Shown piece after piece: positions 38,701-47,924 of a DNA stretch of 64,000 nt. The stretch is taken from contig CAZWJU010000001.1 of the NCBI GenBank assembly GCA_964634365.1, positions 21,858 through 85,857 of the forward strand, given 5' to 3'. A program made the position numbers and the translations under genes. Each line of letters opens with the position of its first letter. The stretch's first letter is position 1. Origin of the DNA: an uncultured Candidatus Saccharibacteria bacterium (GTDB lineage Bacteria > Patescibacteriota > Minisyncoccia > Phycocordibacterales > UBA9973). Under the pieces are notes generated by a model that saw only the letters and a program-made list of their open reading frames with translations, was not told the DNA's origin and searched no databases.

Positions 38701-39796
38701 TGGGGCGACAAATTGCTTCATATCTTTTGGTACACTTTCTGCAAACGATTGTACTGCAGCAAGGACTATAAACATGAACGGTACGACAAACAATGGTACT
38801 ACTTGGCAGATCCTCGCTGAAGATGAAGATACTGATCGTGGTATCGGAGAGGCAAATACTTATTATCCTTTTGATACCGATGCGGATGCTGCGGCAACAG
38901 AAGAAGGTTCAGGATCGCACACCAAATTTTCTTTGAGTGGAGAACCAACGTACGGATCTATTACAGGAATATTTTTTTCATCTCAGCATATGGCTGGTAC
39001 TGGTGGAACCGTGGCTCTCGGTATTGCAGACTATTCGGGATATAACACGGCTGCCGCAACGATCGGAGGTTTTATAGCGCTCGGTGCAACCGCTACGACG
39101 GCTCTTGTATATACCGACAATATTACTGTAGGTACTACTGTTTCTGGTGGTGCTGCCGGATATATGACTAATCCAGATGATTTATTGAATACATCTGGCA
39201 ACGAAGCGTGGTTTCGTCTACGTACCTCGACTGATGGTAGCTCAGCAACAAACGCGGTTAGACAATGGGATTTTGCCATGATTGGGCTTCAGTGGGTAGA
39301 AACAGAAGATAGAACAATTTCGTTTGATATTTCTGATACAACTATAGGGTTCGGTCCTCTTACTACTTCGAATGCTCGTTATGCTACTGGAGATGCAGCT
39401 GGCAGCGACACGGAAGTAGAGGCGCATACAATATCAGCATCTTCTAGTGCAGCGGGCGGATATACAATAACTGTGCAAGGTAACACACTTACAAGTGGTG
39501 CGAACACAATAGATGCGATCGGTGGAACAAACACGGCTTCTAGTGCGGGGACAGAGCAGTTTGGAATAAAGGCATCTGTGTCAGGTGTCTCAAATTACCA
39601 TACCGTTGATTCTACATACTCAGGATCAGGATATGGATACGATGGAACTTCAAGTGCTTCAACTTTCGCAACACAATCCGAAGGCGACGGTTTTACTTCA
39701 ACATATTCTGTTAGTTATATTGCGAACATGTCTACAGGTACAGAGACTGGGGCATACTCTACAGATTTAAACTACATATTAACTGGTAATTTCTAG
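35759..39796 (+). CDS. giant (1345 aa) Thr/Gly/Asn-rich surface protein: N-terminal TM/signal, two tandem roughly 490-aa homologous modules, C-terminal WxL-like module
   Basis: Module 1 (about nt 36149-37630) and module 2 (about 37837-39310) align throughout (ICDW...CTTGGWRT, RYY.TTN, RLRTSTSG...WDFAM..QW). The last roughly 165 aa are homologous to the C-terminal halves of the ORFs at 39853 and 41036, and the protein ends ...LNYILTGNF. Confidence 0.6.
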   Translation: MTYNTQTMYFLKPKRKIKSLFKIFNFKKILVFIFTIMFLSSGLTDLVLMRVLEKRSDDPVMKSAEAATYQFFPTDVTVETGTEQTVTSQTAAAAEGTNLGSHTALLGNDAFHWAVASTTSGVSMITTVGGVNLNGANKLDIGTEIDLDATIPVISFQICDWRDSTSVNNAADANCTTGGWRTINTKSLTNTDVTITGTSTLQLRWQIYNGYFYNGSTNGGTLIDTPLANFVSDSNEIKIRYYATTNTTSVVSIDYLTVFAYIDSIYYANSYSDLTDGSGGTENGIIPNTIPVVNTATAFASAGTNDNTRFSVAVTTPANNPDFYLSYKNVKQYTGMNTILLGTSVSCNSATTIQAYIYDFTATTWDTLGSAVSCTTSDVDYRFAHNTVADAGFVLNDFISDGEIRIRWTTTADVSNNGIRLDWQYVMLGSVNSDSSLCEISFGTGTATNCTNTRGMDTNGSTTSFDIAGEDESATMGTGEANSFYVADTDQDTTVEEGVSANISFPITVPTNAQVVGINWASRETSRSTGTTQVINSVRDYSGFTSTAGGWTDVGAAVNATTQTYQDTVTQGAVLLWGQQINPEDYVDTVNGRMNMRLRTSTSGATTDNSTTAWDFAMMSIQWIEDSYNPTVTYQFAPTGQTLVTGTDTQANNTIAAGANGANTGSWKGTLADDNRHWELTGTASGIDVQLYMNGVKINGANTIIVQSEIDVDATAPALLIQICDWVSTTSVDHAADAQCTGGGWRTLNSRDVTVTPTTATAYTWNVYDGKWSNGSNTPVSTPLSNFVTTDSNKRVLIRYYSTTNATTASNFAIDYLRIFPVINPVYEAGDATALTNSFTGDYTSTNTVTQGAADNTDLQCLGTTGGPDCYLSFFNVKTYPSMNTILARSEFACSVGGTAPEVKMAFYNFTTAGWTDIINEIASCSTTDTVRIGAVNNITIGDYVHNGEVRLRYYRSSGTDTGAIQIDYAYIMAGTTNSDSGATNCFISFGTLSANDCTAARTINMNGTTNNGTTWQILAEDEDTDRGIGEANTYYPFDTDADAAATEEGSGSHTKFSLSGEPTYGSITGIFFSSQHMAGTGGTVALGIADYSGYNTAAATIGGFIALGATATTALVYTDNITVGTTVSGGAAGYMTNPDDLLNTSGNEAWFRLRTSTDGSSATNAVRQWDFAMIGLQWVETEDRTISFDISDTTIGFGPLTTSNARYATGDAAGSDTEVEAHTISASSSAAGGYTITVQGNTLTSGANTIDAIGGTNTASSAGTEQFGIKASVSGVSNYHTVDSTYSGSGYGYDGTSSASTFATQSEGDGFTSTYSVSYIANMSTGTETGAYSTDLNYILTGNF

Positions 39797-39852
39797 TATC
39801 TTTTTACTATTTAATATTTTCTGTGTTATTATGAATATAACGCATAAATATT

Positions 39853-40941
39853 ATGATAAAAAAAATTACTAGCTTAATAGTGATATTTTCTCTAATATTC
39901 ACAAACTATGTATGGTTTGTGAACAGGGCTCTCGCAGCAAGTGTCACAACTTTCTCAGATACACTTTCGACTCTCACTGCTGCAACAGCTTCTAATCATG
40001 AAATACTTTTCATTACACCTACTGGTGTTGAGGCAAACAATGATTCAATAGTATTTACTTTTACAGGTTTTGATGGTACATCACTCGACGCTATTGCTTT
40101 TGGTGATGTAGATTTGGCAGAGAGTGCAAACGCAAGTTGTTCTACGCCAGGTTCTTGGACAGATAAAACACTAGGTGCTGCTGACGGAGCCTCTACTTAT
40201 GGCGTTGCTACTAACTCGACAACACTTGTTTTTGATCCACCAACCACATCTGGCTATATAACAGCGGGAAGATGTATCCGTGTAAAAATTGGTACGAATG
40301 CAACAGGTGGTACAAACCAGATAACAAATGGTGGGGCCGCAACTGCGCATTCAGTAGCTATATCTGGAAACTTTGGAGATACTGGCACTGCTTCTATAGA
40401 TATTATTGCCGATGATTCAGTTAATTTGAGTGCTACTGTTGAATCTGCTATCTCATTTACAATAGACGATACGGCGATAGGTTTCGGTACACTAGATTCT
40501 GCTGGTGCCAGATGGGCAACCGGGGATGCGACAGGTACTTCTTCTCTACCAGGAGACACGTCCGGGGCACATCAAATGACACTTTCTACAAATGCTGCCT
40601 CTGGGTATTCGATTACATATAGTGGCGCAACACTAACAAGTGGTGCAAATACTATAGACGTAGCAACAATCTCAGAAGATGACGATGGATCATCGGGCAC
40701 AGAGCAATTTGCTTTGGGTCTAGATGATAATGGAGGTAACGTAACTATAGTTTCAGACTATGATCTAGCAACCACAAATAGTTATAAGTTTGTAGCTGGG
40801 GCGACCACAACCGTTGCTTCTGAGACAGCTCCTACTACAACCGAAACATTTGACGTCCAATATATTGCAAACATATCGACAAGTACTGAAGCAGGGTCAT
40901 ATTCGACAGATATTACTTGGATAGCAACGGGTAATTTCTAA
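39853..40941 (+). CDS. secreted surface protein, paralog 1, with WxL-like C-terminal module
   Basis: 362 aa. Signal peptide ending ALA|ASVT. C-terminal module ISFTIDDTAIGFGTL...GYSITYSGATLTSGANTI...YSTDITWIATGNF resembles the WxL domain pattern (LTF..DFG ... GWTLT ... YTGTLTWTL), with Y/W and A/L substitutions. Confidence 0.5.
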   Translation: MIKKITSLIVIFSLIFTNYVWFVNRALAASVTTFSDTLSTLTAATASNHEILFITPTGVEANNDSIVFTFTGFDGTSLDAIAFGDVDLAESANASCSTPGSWTDKTLGAADGASTYGVATNSTTLVFDPPTTSGYITAGRCIRVKIGTNATGGTNQITNGGAATAHSVAISGNFGDTGTASIDIIADDSVNLSATVESAISFTIDDTAIGFGTLDSAGARWATGDATGTSSLPGDTSGAHQMTLSTNAASGYSITYSGATLTSGANTIDVATISEDDDGSSGTEQFALGLDDNGGNVTIVSDYDLATTNSYKFVAGATTTVASETAPTTTETFDVQYIANISTSTEAGSYSTDITWIATGNF

Positions 40942-41035
40942 GGTATGATATCCACAGTGTTGCTATGATATTTTTTGTGTGTTTATATGGTACAATTTTA
41001 GAATAGATTATTAAATTATTATCCAGATTTTAAAT

Positions 41036-42118
41036 ATGATAAAAAAATTTACAAGCCTTCTAGTAATACTTTCTGTAGTCGCTACTAATTTTGTAGGTTT
41101 TGCAGATAAAGCTCTTGCTGCCAGTGTTACTTCTTTGTCTGATACACTTGCAACACTTACAGCATCTACTGCCTCAAACCACGAAATAAAGTTTGTAACA
41201 CCTTCTGGTGTCGATGCTGGTGAGTCAGTATCTGTGACTTTTGACGCTGATTTCACAGGACTTGGTTCTATTGTTGAAGACGATGTTGACTTCGCAACTG
41301 GTGATTCGAGTAACTGTTCTACAGCGAGCTTTACCGAAGAAACAACAGCCTCTTCTCCTTCAGGTGCCACATGGGGGGTTGGTATAGCTGGACAGGTTGT
41401 AACAATAACTTCAGGAACAGACACTGTAACGGCCAGCCGATGTGTTCGTATAAGGATTGGTACAAACGCTACAAACTCTGGAACAGGTGCAAACCGGATA
41501 TCAAACGGAGTTGCAGCTAACGCTCACTCTATAACAATAGGTGGAACATTTGGCGACTCAGGCACAGCAGCAATCGACATAATCGCAGACGACTCAGTAA
41601 ACATAACAGCAACAGTTGATCCTACTATAACTTTCACAATATCTGATACAACAGTTGGTTTCGGAACACTCTCTACCTCAGTTGCAACTTATGCAACAGG
41701 TGATACTAACGGTACAACTTCTCTTCCTGGTGACACATCAGGAGCTCATGAGATGACAGTAGCAACCAACGCATCTTCTGGATATTCGATAACATATAAC
41801 GGTGCAACTTTGACATCAGGAGGAAACACTATTTCAGCAGCCACAATCTCATCTGACAACGACGGAACCCCAGGTTCAGAACAATTCGCTCTAGGAATTG
41901 ATGACAACGGAGGAAACGTAACCATTGCTTCAGGATATGATCTCGCTGGTACAAACAGTTACAACTTTGTAGCTGGCACTACCACAACAGTCGCATCTGA
42001 AACAATTGCCACAGCAACAGAAACTCTAGATGTTCAATATATTGCTAACATAGCAGGTACAACTGAAGCTGGTTCATACACAACAAACATTACTTGGATA
42101 GCTACAGGTAACTTCTAA
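41036..42118 (+). CDS. secreted surface protein, paralog 2, with WxL-like C-terminal module
   Basis: 360 aa, collinear with the 39853 ORF. Same signal peptide and the same C-terminal ...YTTNITWIATGNF. Confidence 0.5.
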   Translation: MIKKFTSLLVILSVVATNFVGFADKALAASVTSLSDTLATLTASTASNHEIKFVTPSGVDAGESVSVTFDADFTGLGSIVEDDVDFATGDSSNCSTASFTEETTASSPSGATWGVGIAGQVVTITSGTDTVTASRCVRIRIGTNATNSGTGANRISNGVAANAHSITIGGTFGDSGTAAIDIIADDSVNITATVDPTITFTISDTTVGFGTLSTSVATYATGDTNGTTSLPGDTSGAHEMTVATNASSGYSITYNGATLTSGGNTISAATISSDNDGTPGSEQFALGIDDNGGNVTIASGYDLAGTNSYNFVAGTTTTVASETIATATETLDVQYIANIAGTTEAGSYTTNITWIATGNF

Positions 42119-42123
42119 AATGT

Positions 42124-43167
42124 ATGATTAAAAGAAGATCAATAATAGTCACACTATTTGTTGCGCTATCATTTGTTTCTTTTGGTTTTGTTAAAAATGC
42201 TGAGGCTCTAACACTTACTCCGGTTAGACTAGAGATTAGTGGAGACGCTGGTAGTACAGTTTCAAGTGAGATTACTCTTATAAACGACAGAGACACAGAA
42301 GAAACATTTTATTCTTCATATGCGAACTTTGAAGCTCAAGGTGAGACAGGAAGTCCAAACTTCGTTGATCCTGTAGAAGGTCTTGGAACATGGATAAAAA
42401 CAGATGAAGTTGTAGTATTAGGTCCTGGCACAAGTAAGATTATACCTGTAACAATAACCATACCTGCAGGCACTGAAGCAGGAGGATACTTTGCTGCTGT
42501 ATTTTTCGGTACAAACAATCCTAACTTAGGTGATGCTGGTAGTGTTTCTATTGGTGCAAAGACTGGAGTGCTTGTATTGCTACGAGTAAACGGTGAAGTT
42601 AGTGAGCAGGGTGGAATACTCGAATACGATACAAAGGATCACAAGAGATTTTTCACATCACTACCTGTTGATTTTTATTACAGATTTCAAAATACAGGAG
42701 GAGATAGAGTTAAACCAGAAGGAGATATAACAATAAAACACTTTCTCGGTTTTGTTCGTGCAAGAGTTCCAGCTAACTTAGTAGAGGGAAATGTCCTACC
42801 AAACCAAATTCGAAGATTTGAAGCTTCATGGCAGAGTAGAAATGGGGAAAGTGTAAAAGAAGGAGAAAAATTGAACTTTATTGAGAGTGTAAAAAACCAA
42901 TGGGCAAACTTTGCCTTCGGTTATTACAAGGCAAATATAAGTCTTACATATGGAGAGGGTGATAAGATTACAGAATCTTCTGTGGGTGTATGGGTTTTTC
43001 CATGGCAACTACTCCTAACTATAATCGTAGCTCTGTTCACAGTAAGATTTATTTGGAGAAAGGTTTCTATACACAGAAGAAAAGAATTGATGTCTGAGAT
43101 GCGTGAAGAAATCATGAAAGAGATGAACAATAAATCTAATACTGAAAAAACTCATATACAGTTTTAG
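42124..43167 (+). CDS. secreted Ig-like protein with C-terminal TM anchor (DUF916/DUF3324, CscA-like)
   Basis: 347 aa. Signal peptide. Beta-rich LTLTPVRLEISGDAGSTVSSEITLIN... domain. C-terminal TM WQLLLTIIVALFTV followed by a charged tail. This architecture matches the anchor component of Gram-positive WxL (Csc) clusters. Confidence 0.4.
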   Translation: MIKRRSIIVTLFVALSFVSFGFVKNAEALTLTPVRLEISGDAGSTVSSEITLINDRDTEETFYSSYANFEAQGETGSPNFVDPVEGLGTWIKTDEVVVLGPGTSKIIPVTITIPAGTEAGGYFAAVFFGTNNPNLGDAGSVSIGAKTGVLVLLRVNGEVSEQGGILEYDTKDHKRFFTSLPVDFYYRFQNTGGDRVKPEGDITIKHFLGFVRARVPANLVEGNVLPNQIRRFEASWQSRNGESVKEGEKLNFIESVKNQWANFAFGYYKANISLTYGEGDKITESSVGVWVFPWQLLLTIIVALFTVRFIWRKVSIHRRKELMSEMREEIMKEMNNKSNTEKTHIQF

Positions 43168-43182
43168 TATAGGTAAAGGCCG

Positions 43183-44082
43183 ATGTCTTTATTTAATAAA
43201 AATAAAAAGCATATTATGGGTATATTTTTGCTCGGTATGCTTTTTATTTTTTCTGCTGAAGTATCTAGTGCAGTTGATTTGAATATATCTGCTCAGGTTG
43301 GTGCGGGTGGTGGAGATGTCGGAGGTGGCGGAGGAGGAGGCGGTGGTGGAGGTGGTGGAAACGACGGAGACTCCACTGTAAATTTTTCTGGGTATGCTTA
43401 TCCGCTTTCGCAAGTTATAGTACTTCGTGATGGCTTAGAAGTAATCCAGACTATTGCAGGGCCAGATGCAAAATTTAGTATAAGTATCGACAATCTTCCA
43501 GAGGGCAACTACACTTTTTCTGTTTTAGCAGAAGATTATCAGGAGAGAAGATCTACACTCTTCACGTTCCCTCTATATCTAACCGATGGCCTTACTACGA
43601 CTATATCTGGTATATTCATCGCTCCTTCTATAGCTATAGACAAGAGTGTGGTCAAGCAAGGTGAGCAGCTTACTATCTTTGGACAATCTACTCCAAATTC
43701 CGAAGTGTCTATAAGCGTAAACTCACTAAATGAATTTATTTTGAATACTATCTCAGACAGTAGTGGTGTGTATTTATCTGTATTTAATACAAGTCTTCTT
43801 GAGATAGGAGACCATACTACGCGTTCATACTCTAAGTATCTAGATGCAACATCTTCATACTCTAGTACACTTGCTTTTGAGGTTTCTGACAAAGCAGGAG
43901 AGGTTTTAATTTGCGGAAGCAAAGCAGATGTTAGTTTAGATTGTCGTATAAATATAATAGATTTCTCTATGCTAGCTTATTGGTTTGAGAGAGTAACTCC
44001 ACCACCCGCTTTTGATCTTTCAGGTGATGGTAAAATAACTTTGATTGATTTTTCTATAATGGCTTATTATTGGACAGGATAA
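43183..44082 (+). CDS. secreted protein with poly-Gly tract and C-terminal dockerin-like repeats
   Basis: 299 aa. Signal peptide. 15 consecutive Gly encoded by GGN repeats at 43316-43360. C-terminus INIIDFSMLAYWF...DLSGDGKITLIDFSIMAYYW resembles the two dockerin type I Ca-binding repeats. Confidence 0.5.
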   Translation: MSLFNKNKKHIMGIFLLGMLFIFSAEVSSAVDLNISAQVGAGGGDVGGGGGGGGGGGGGNDGDSTVNFSGYAYPLSQVIVLRDGLEVIQTIAGPDAKFSISIDNLPEGNYTFSVLAEDYQERRSTLFTFPLYLTDGLTTTISGIFIAPSIAIDKSVVKQGEQLTIFGQSTPNSEVSISVNSLNEFILNTISDSSGVYLSVFNTSLLEIGDHTTRSYSKYLDATSSYSSTLAFEVSDKAGEVLICGSKADVSLDCRINIIDFSMLAYWFERVTPPPAFDLSGDGKITLIDFSIMAYYWTG

Positions 44083-44084
44083 AT

Positions 44085-44984
44085 ATGAAAATAAATTATT
44101 TCAAAATATTTTTTATAGTTACTTTTTTTGCACTAAACTATAACTTTGCTTTTTCTAGTGGGGCAGATTTGATATTAAAATCTCCGGAAGGTGAAGTAAA
44201 AACGAATAGCCCTTTTTCTGTTAGTGTTTTATTGGATACATCGGGCGACGATACCAATGCAGTAGAAGGTGCTCTCTCTTTCAATGAAGATTTTTTTGAA
44301 TTTGTAAGTATTGTTGATGGTAACAGTGTGGTTACTTCTTGGGTTCAAAAACCAGAGTACGAAAATGGAAAGATAGTTTTCTCTGGAATCATGGCTGGAG
44401 GGTATTTGGGTACAATCGATCCGCTTACTAATGCTATAGGCCCAGGTATTTTGTTTGAAATAATTTTAATTCCAAAAACTGAAGGGATTGGCTCTGTGAC
44501 GCTGTCTGATGCAAAAATTTATAAAAATGATGGACTAGGTACATCCAAGAGCGTTGCAACTAAGGATTTAAAAATAAGTTCGGATGTAAATGGGGTTTCA
44601 AATTATCTAGACAAGATAGACGATGTTCGCCCTCTTGTTTTCTCGCCTATAATTTCAAAAAATAATGAAATGTTCGAAGGTAGATATTTCCTCGTGTTTG
44701 ATACCAAAGATAAAGAGTCCGGTATAGATTATTTTGAAGTTAAAGAGGGTAGAAAAGACTGGGTAAGAGCAGAGAGCCCATATGTACTCACAGACCAAAC
44801 ACTAACTAGTCGTATACGTGTTAAAGCAGTAGACAATGCTGGGAATGAGCGCATAGTTACTTACGGAGAAAAAACAAATTTTCCTATTTCGATTCTCTCT
44901 ATACCAATTGTACTTCTACTTGGCATAATAGTGTTTATATATTTTTGGTACACTAGAAAAATACGTGTTTTAAGTGTAAAATAA
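44085..44984 (+). CDS. cohesin-like domain protein with C-terminal TM anchor
   Basis: Start at MKINYF. Signal peptide. Cohesin-like beta-sandwich pattern (FSVSVLLDTSGDDTNAVEGALSFNEDFFEFVSI...GKIVFSGIMAG...GILFEIILIPKTEG). C-terminal TM PIVLLLGIIVFIYFW. Confidence 0.45.
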   Translation: MKINYFKIFFIVTFFALNYNFAFSSGADLILKSPEGEVKTNSPFSVSVLLDTSGDDTNAVEGALSFNEDFFEFVSIVDGNSVVTSWVQKPEYENGKIVFSGIMAGGYLGTIDPLTNAIGPGILFEIILIPKTEGIGSVTLSDAKIYKNDGLGTSKSVATKDLKISSDVNGVSNYLDKIDDVRPLVFSPIISKNNEMFEGRYFLVFDTKDKESGIDYFEVKEGRKDWVRAESPYVLTDQTLTSRIRVKAVDNAGNERIVTYGEKTNFPISILSIPIVLLLGIIVFIYFWYTRKIRVLSVK

Positions 44985-44989
44985 AATAC

Positions 44990-46753
44990 ATGATTCTCTC
45001 TTCGGTTAATATAAAAAGATTTTTGATTGCAGTCTTTGCCTGTTTATTTTTTATTTCTCCAAAACTTACCCACGCTGCTTCGTTTCAGATATCTCCTTCG
45101 TCTGGTAGTGTCTCAAGCTCAGGTACCATAACTTTAACTGTCAGTCTAACAGCAAGTTCTGCCACCCCGATCAATGCTTTTTCTGGTAGATTGAATTTCC
45201 CAAAAGAATTAGTTTCTAATACAAATGTATCTATTAGTGGTTCAATCGCAAATTTTTGGACAGTGCAACCATCTGTATCTTCTGATGGAGTAATAAGATT
45301 CGAAGGAATTGTTTTAAATCCTGGTTTCAATGGTTCAGGAGGCAAATTATTTACTGCAACATTTAAAACAGAAGGTAACGGTACAGCAAACTTCAATCTG
45401 ACTAGCGCATCGATTTTGGCCAATGATGGATTGGGTACAAATGTTTTGACTGCTACGCTACCTGCGTCTGTATTTACTATTGGCAATGCAGCGCCTGTCG
45501 CAACTACTCCCGCTACAACTAGTTCTGCTCCGATTGCTCCAGAAATAATATCTCTATCGCATCCAAATCCAAATGGATGGAACAAGGAGACTGTGGCTGA
45601 TATATATTGGGAGCTTCCAAAAGACGCAACCGGCGCCTCATTTGTTTTAGATAAAAATCCTGGGACTATACCAGCGAAAGTTTCAAAAGGATTGGTGAGT
45701 TCATATAAGTCTGAAAAACTAGAAGACGGTGTATGGTACATGCACGTAATGATAAGAAATTCTATCGGGTGGGGAAGTGTTGCTCACTACAGAATCGGTG
45801 TTGATACAGTTGCGCCAGAGTATGTGAACATAACTCATGTTCACGAGGAAATACCTATGGGTACTAGCAAGTTTGATATAACTGGTGAAGATGCAACTTC
45901 TGGTATAGCTTATTATGAAGTAAGTTTTGATGCAGGTGAGCCAGAAATTTTTAAGAAATCACTAGCAACAGATTTGTTTGAGTCAAAAATTTTACCACCT
46001 AAAAGATACTTGGTTGTTGTAAATGCATATGACTTTGCCGGAAACGCGACTCCAGCGATTATGTACTTCACTGCACTACCAGTGAACCCACCTGTTATTG
46101 TAGATTATTCCAAAGAATTAAATAGCGGAGAATATTTGACTATTTCAGGTACTGGATATGAAAATCAAAATGTAAGAATTCGTTTTGAAAAAAGTAAAAC
46201 ATCTTTCTTTTATAAAATATTTGCACACACTAGAAGTGCGGCGTTGAATGAAGAGGTAACAAAAGTAGACAAGGATGGGAACTTTGCTTTCAAAAATGAT
46301 GAATCTTGGAACGCTGGAATATATTATGTAACAGTTCGAAACGAACTATCCAACGGAGCTTTCAGTGAATACACAACTCCTGTTCAAATAACAGTAGAGA
46401 GTGGTGCTTTTGTTAGATTCATAGAATCCTCTCTAAGATTCTTGATACCTGTTATTCCTTTCTTGCTTGCAATCATACTTATACTTTTTGCAGGATTATT
46501 TATTTTAAGATTTTTCAAAAAATACAGAAGAATCCTGTCTAAACAAGTAAGAGAAGCTGAGGGTGTGGACGATGAATCTATGAGATTGATTGACAGTGAA
46601 GTCTTGGATGAGATAAATCTTCTCAAAAAAGTACGCTCAGGTGAACCTCTGTCAGAAAGAGAGCAGGCTTTCCTAACTAAACTTCGAGGGGATTTGGGTG
46701 TTGCAAATTCTATAATTCAAAAAGAAATAAAAGATATAGAAAAGAAAATATAA
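44990..46753 (+). CDS. cohesin-like domain surface protein with C-terminal TM anchor and charged cytoplasmic tail
   Basis: 587 aa. Signal peptide. Cohesin-like N-terminal domain (TITLTVSLTASSATPINAFSGRLNFP...GVIRFEGIVLNPGFNGSGGKLFTATFKTEG). TM near residue 500. Coiled-coil tail. Confidence 0.45.
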   Translation: MILSSVNIKRFLIAVFACLFFISPKLTHAASFQISPSSGSVSSSGTITLTVSLTASSATPINAFSGRLNFPKELVSNTNVSISGSIANFWTVQPSVSSDGVIRFEGIVLNPGFNGSGGKLFTATFKTEGNGTANFNLTSASILANDGLGTNVLTATLPASVFTIGNAAPVATTPATTSSAPIAPEIISLSHPNPNGWNKETVADIYWELPKDATGASFVLDKNPGTIPAKVSKGLVSSYKSEKLEDGVWYMHVMIRNSIGWGSVAHYRIGVDTVAPEYVNITHVHEEIPMGTSKFDITGEDATSGIAYYEVSFDAGEPEIFKKSLATDLFESKILPPKRYLVVVNAYDFAGNATPAIMYFTALPVNPPVIVDYSKELNSGEYLTISGTGYENQNVRIRFEKSKTSFFYKIFAHTRSAALNEEVTKVDKDGNFAFKNDESWNAGIYYVTVRNELSNGAFSEYTTPVQITVESGAFVRFIESSLRFLIPVIPFLLAIILILFAGLFILRFFKKYRRILSKQVREAEGVDDESMRLIDSEVLDEINLLKKVRSGEPLSEREQAFLTKLRGDLGVANSIIQKEIKDIEKKI

Positions 46754-46764
46754 TATCTTATAAT

Positions 46765-47601
46765 ATGAATTTTAAAAAAATATTCCTAATCACAATAATA
46801 CTACTTTCTTTTTCTAGTCCAGTGCTGGCCATAGAATCAAATAATACTGGTTTTATATCAGAAAGCGTTTGGTTTTCCGAAGAAGATTTAGTCTTGGGGG
46901 AAAGTGTAAATATATATACAGCTTTGTTCAACAATTCCTCTTCTGTACTTGAGGGAAGTGTTACCTTTTTTGACAAAGATGTAGTATTAGGAGTTAAGAC
47001 TTTTTCTATACCTGAAAAATCTGTAAGGGATGTAAAACAATCTTGGATTGTAACATCAGGAGATCATGAGTTGTATGCGAGTCTAAGTATCAAAAAAACT
47101 GACATAGAGCTTGGTGAAAAAATTACAGAACCACTTAAATTCACAATCCAAGCCCCTGTTGTTGCCGAAAAAGATTTGGTAGCTGATGAAACCAAAGAAT
47201 TGCTATCTGATGTAGATGATATACAAGAAAAAATTATAGAAAGTATTCCGCCGGAGGTTTCAGATAAACTGGAGTCTTCTCTGTTTGGAGTGGAGAGTTT
47301 TAGAATTGAAACCTCCAGTAATATAGAAGAAAAGAAAGATGCCAAGCAAGAAGTTGTCGATAATTTAAAATCTCTACCGGAGAAAGATTCAGTTGATTTA
47401 GAGATCGGTCTAGAAGATGGGAAAACAAACGTAGATGTAAAATCCACCCCACTAGATACGCCTCTTGCTTATGCTGGTCTGTTTTTCTACACAATACTTA
47501 GCTATATATTCAAGTCCACGATAATATTCTATGGGCTTTGTATTATATTGATATTCTTGGTTTTGCGGGCTATTTACAGAGCTATGCGTAGACGCTCTTA
47601 A
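46765..47601 (+). CDS. secreted protein with C-terminal TM anchor (hypothetical)
   Basis: 278 aa. Signal peptide. Acidic mid-region. C-terminal TM. Confidence 0.4.
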   Translation: MNFKKIFLITIILLSFSSPVLAIESNNTGFISESVWFSEEDLVLGESVNIYTALFNNSSSVLEGSVTFFDKDVVLGVKTFSIPEKSVRDVKQSWIVTSGDHELYASLSIKKTDIELGEKITEPLKFTIQAPVVAEKDLVADETKELLSDVDDIQEKIIESIPPEVSDKLESSLFGVESFRIETSSNIEEKKDAKQEVVDNLKSLPEKDSVDLEIGLEDGKTNVDVKSTPLDTPLAYAGLFFYTILSYIFKSTIIFYGLCIILIFLVLRAIYRAMRRRS

Positions 47602-47663
47602 TACTACAGAAAATCATTTTTGTAAGACTCGACAGTATTTAAACTAGTTGATATACTCATATT

Positions 47664-47924
47664 ATGCCTAGGCCACTTTTTATCGTATTGATATTTGCAA
47701 GCGTTATTTGGGCGCCTTGGTGGTTTTCTTTTATAATGATATTTAGCGGGATAATTTTTCTGGATTTCTCGCTAGAGTCTATACTGGCAGCTTTTTTGGT
47801 TGATATGCTTTATGGGGTAGGATTGTCTAGATTTATCGACGGGCCTTTTGTCTTTACTCTCGTGGCGCTTGTTTTATTTTTTGGTAAAAGATTTTTAAAA
47901 CCTTATATTTTTATAAATAAATGA
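47664..47924 (+). CDS. small polytopic membrane protein, possibly MreD-like (located immediately upstream of the PBP2-like gene)
   Basis: 86 aa with 3 TM helices. Assigned on position only, which is weak. Confidence 0.3.
   Translation: MPRPLFIVLIFASVIWAPWWFSFIMIFSGIIFLDFSLESILAAFLVDMLYGVGLSRFIDGPFVFTLVALVLFFGKRFLKPYIFINK

Noticed and set aside
43183-44082. Interpreting the poly-Gly tract as a collagen-like or GGDEF-related feature
   Set aside because: It is a pure homopolymeric Gly run without Gly-X-Y periodicity or enzymatic motifs. It is better described as a flexible linker or simple-sequence repeat.
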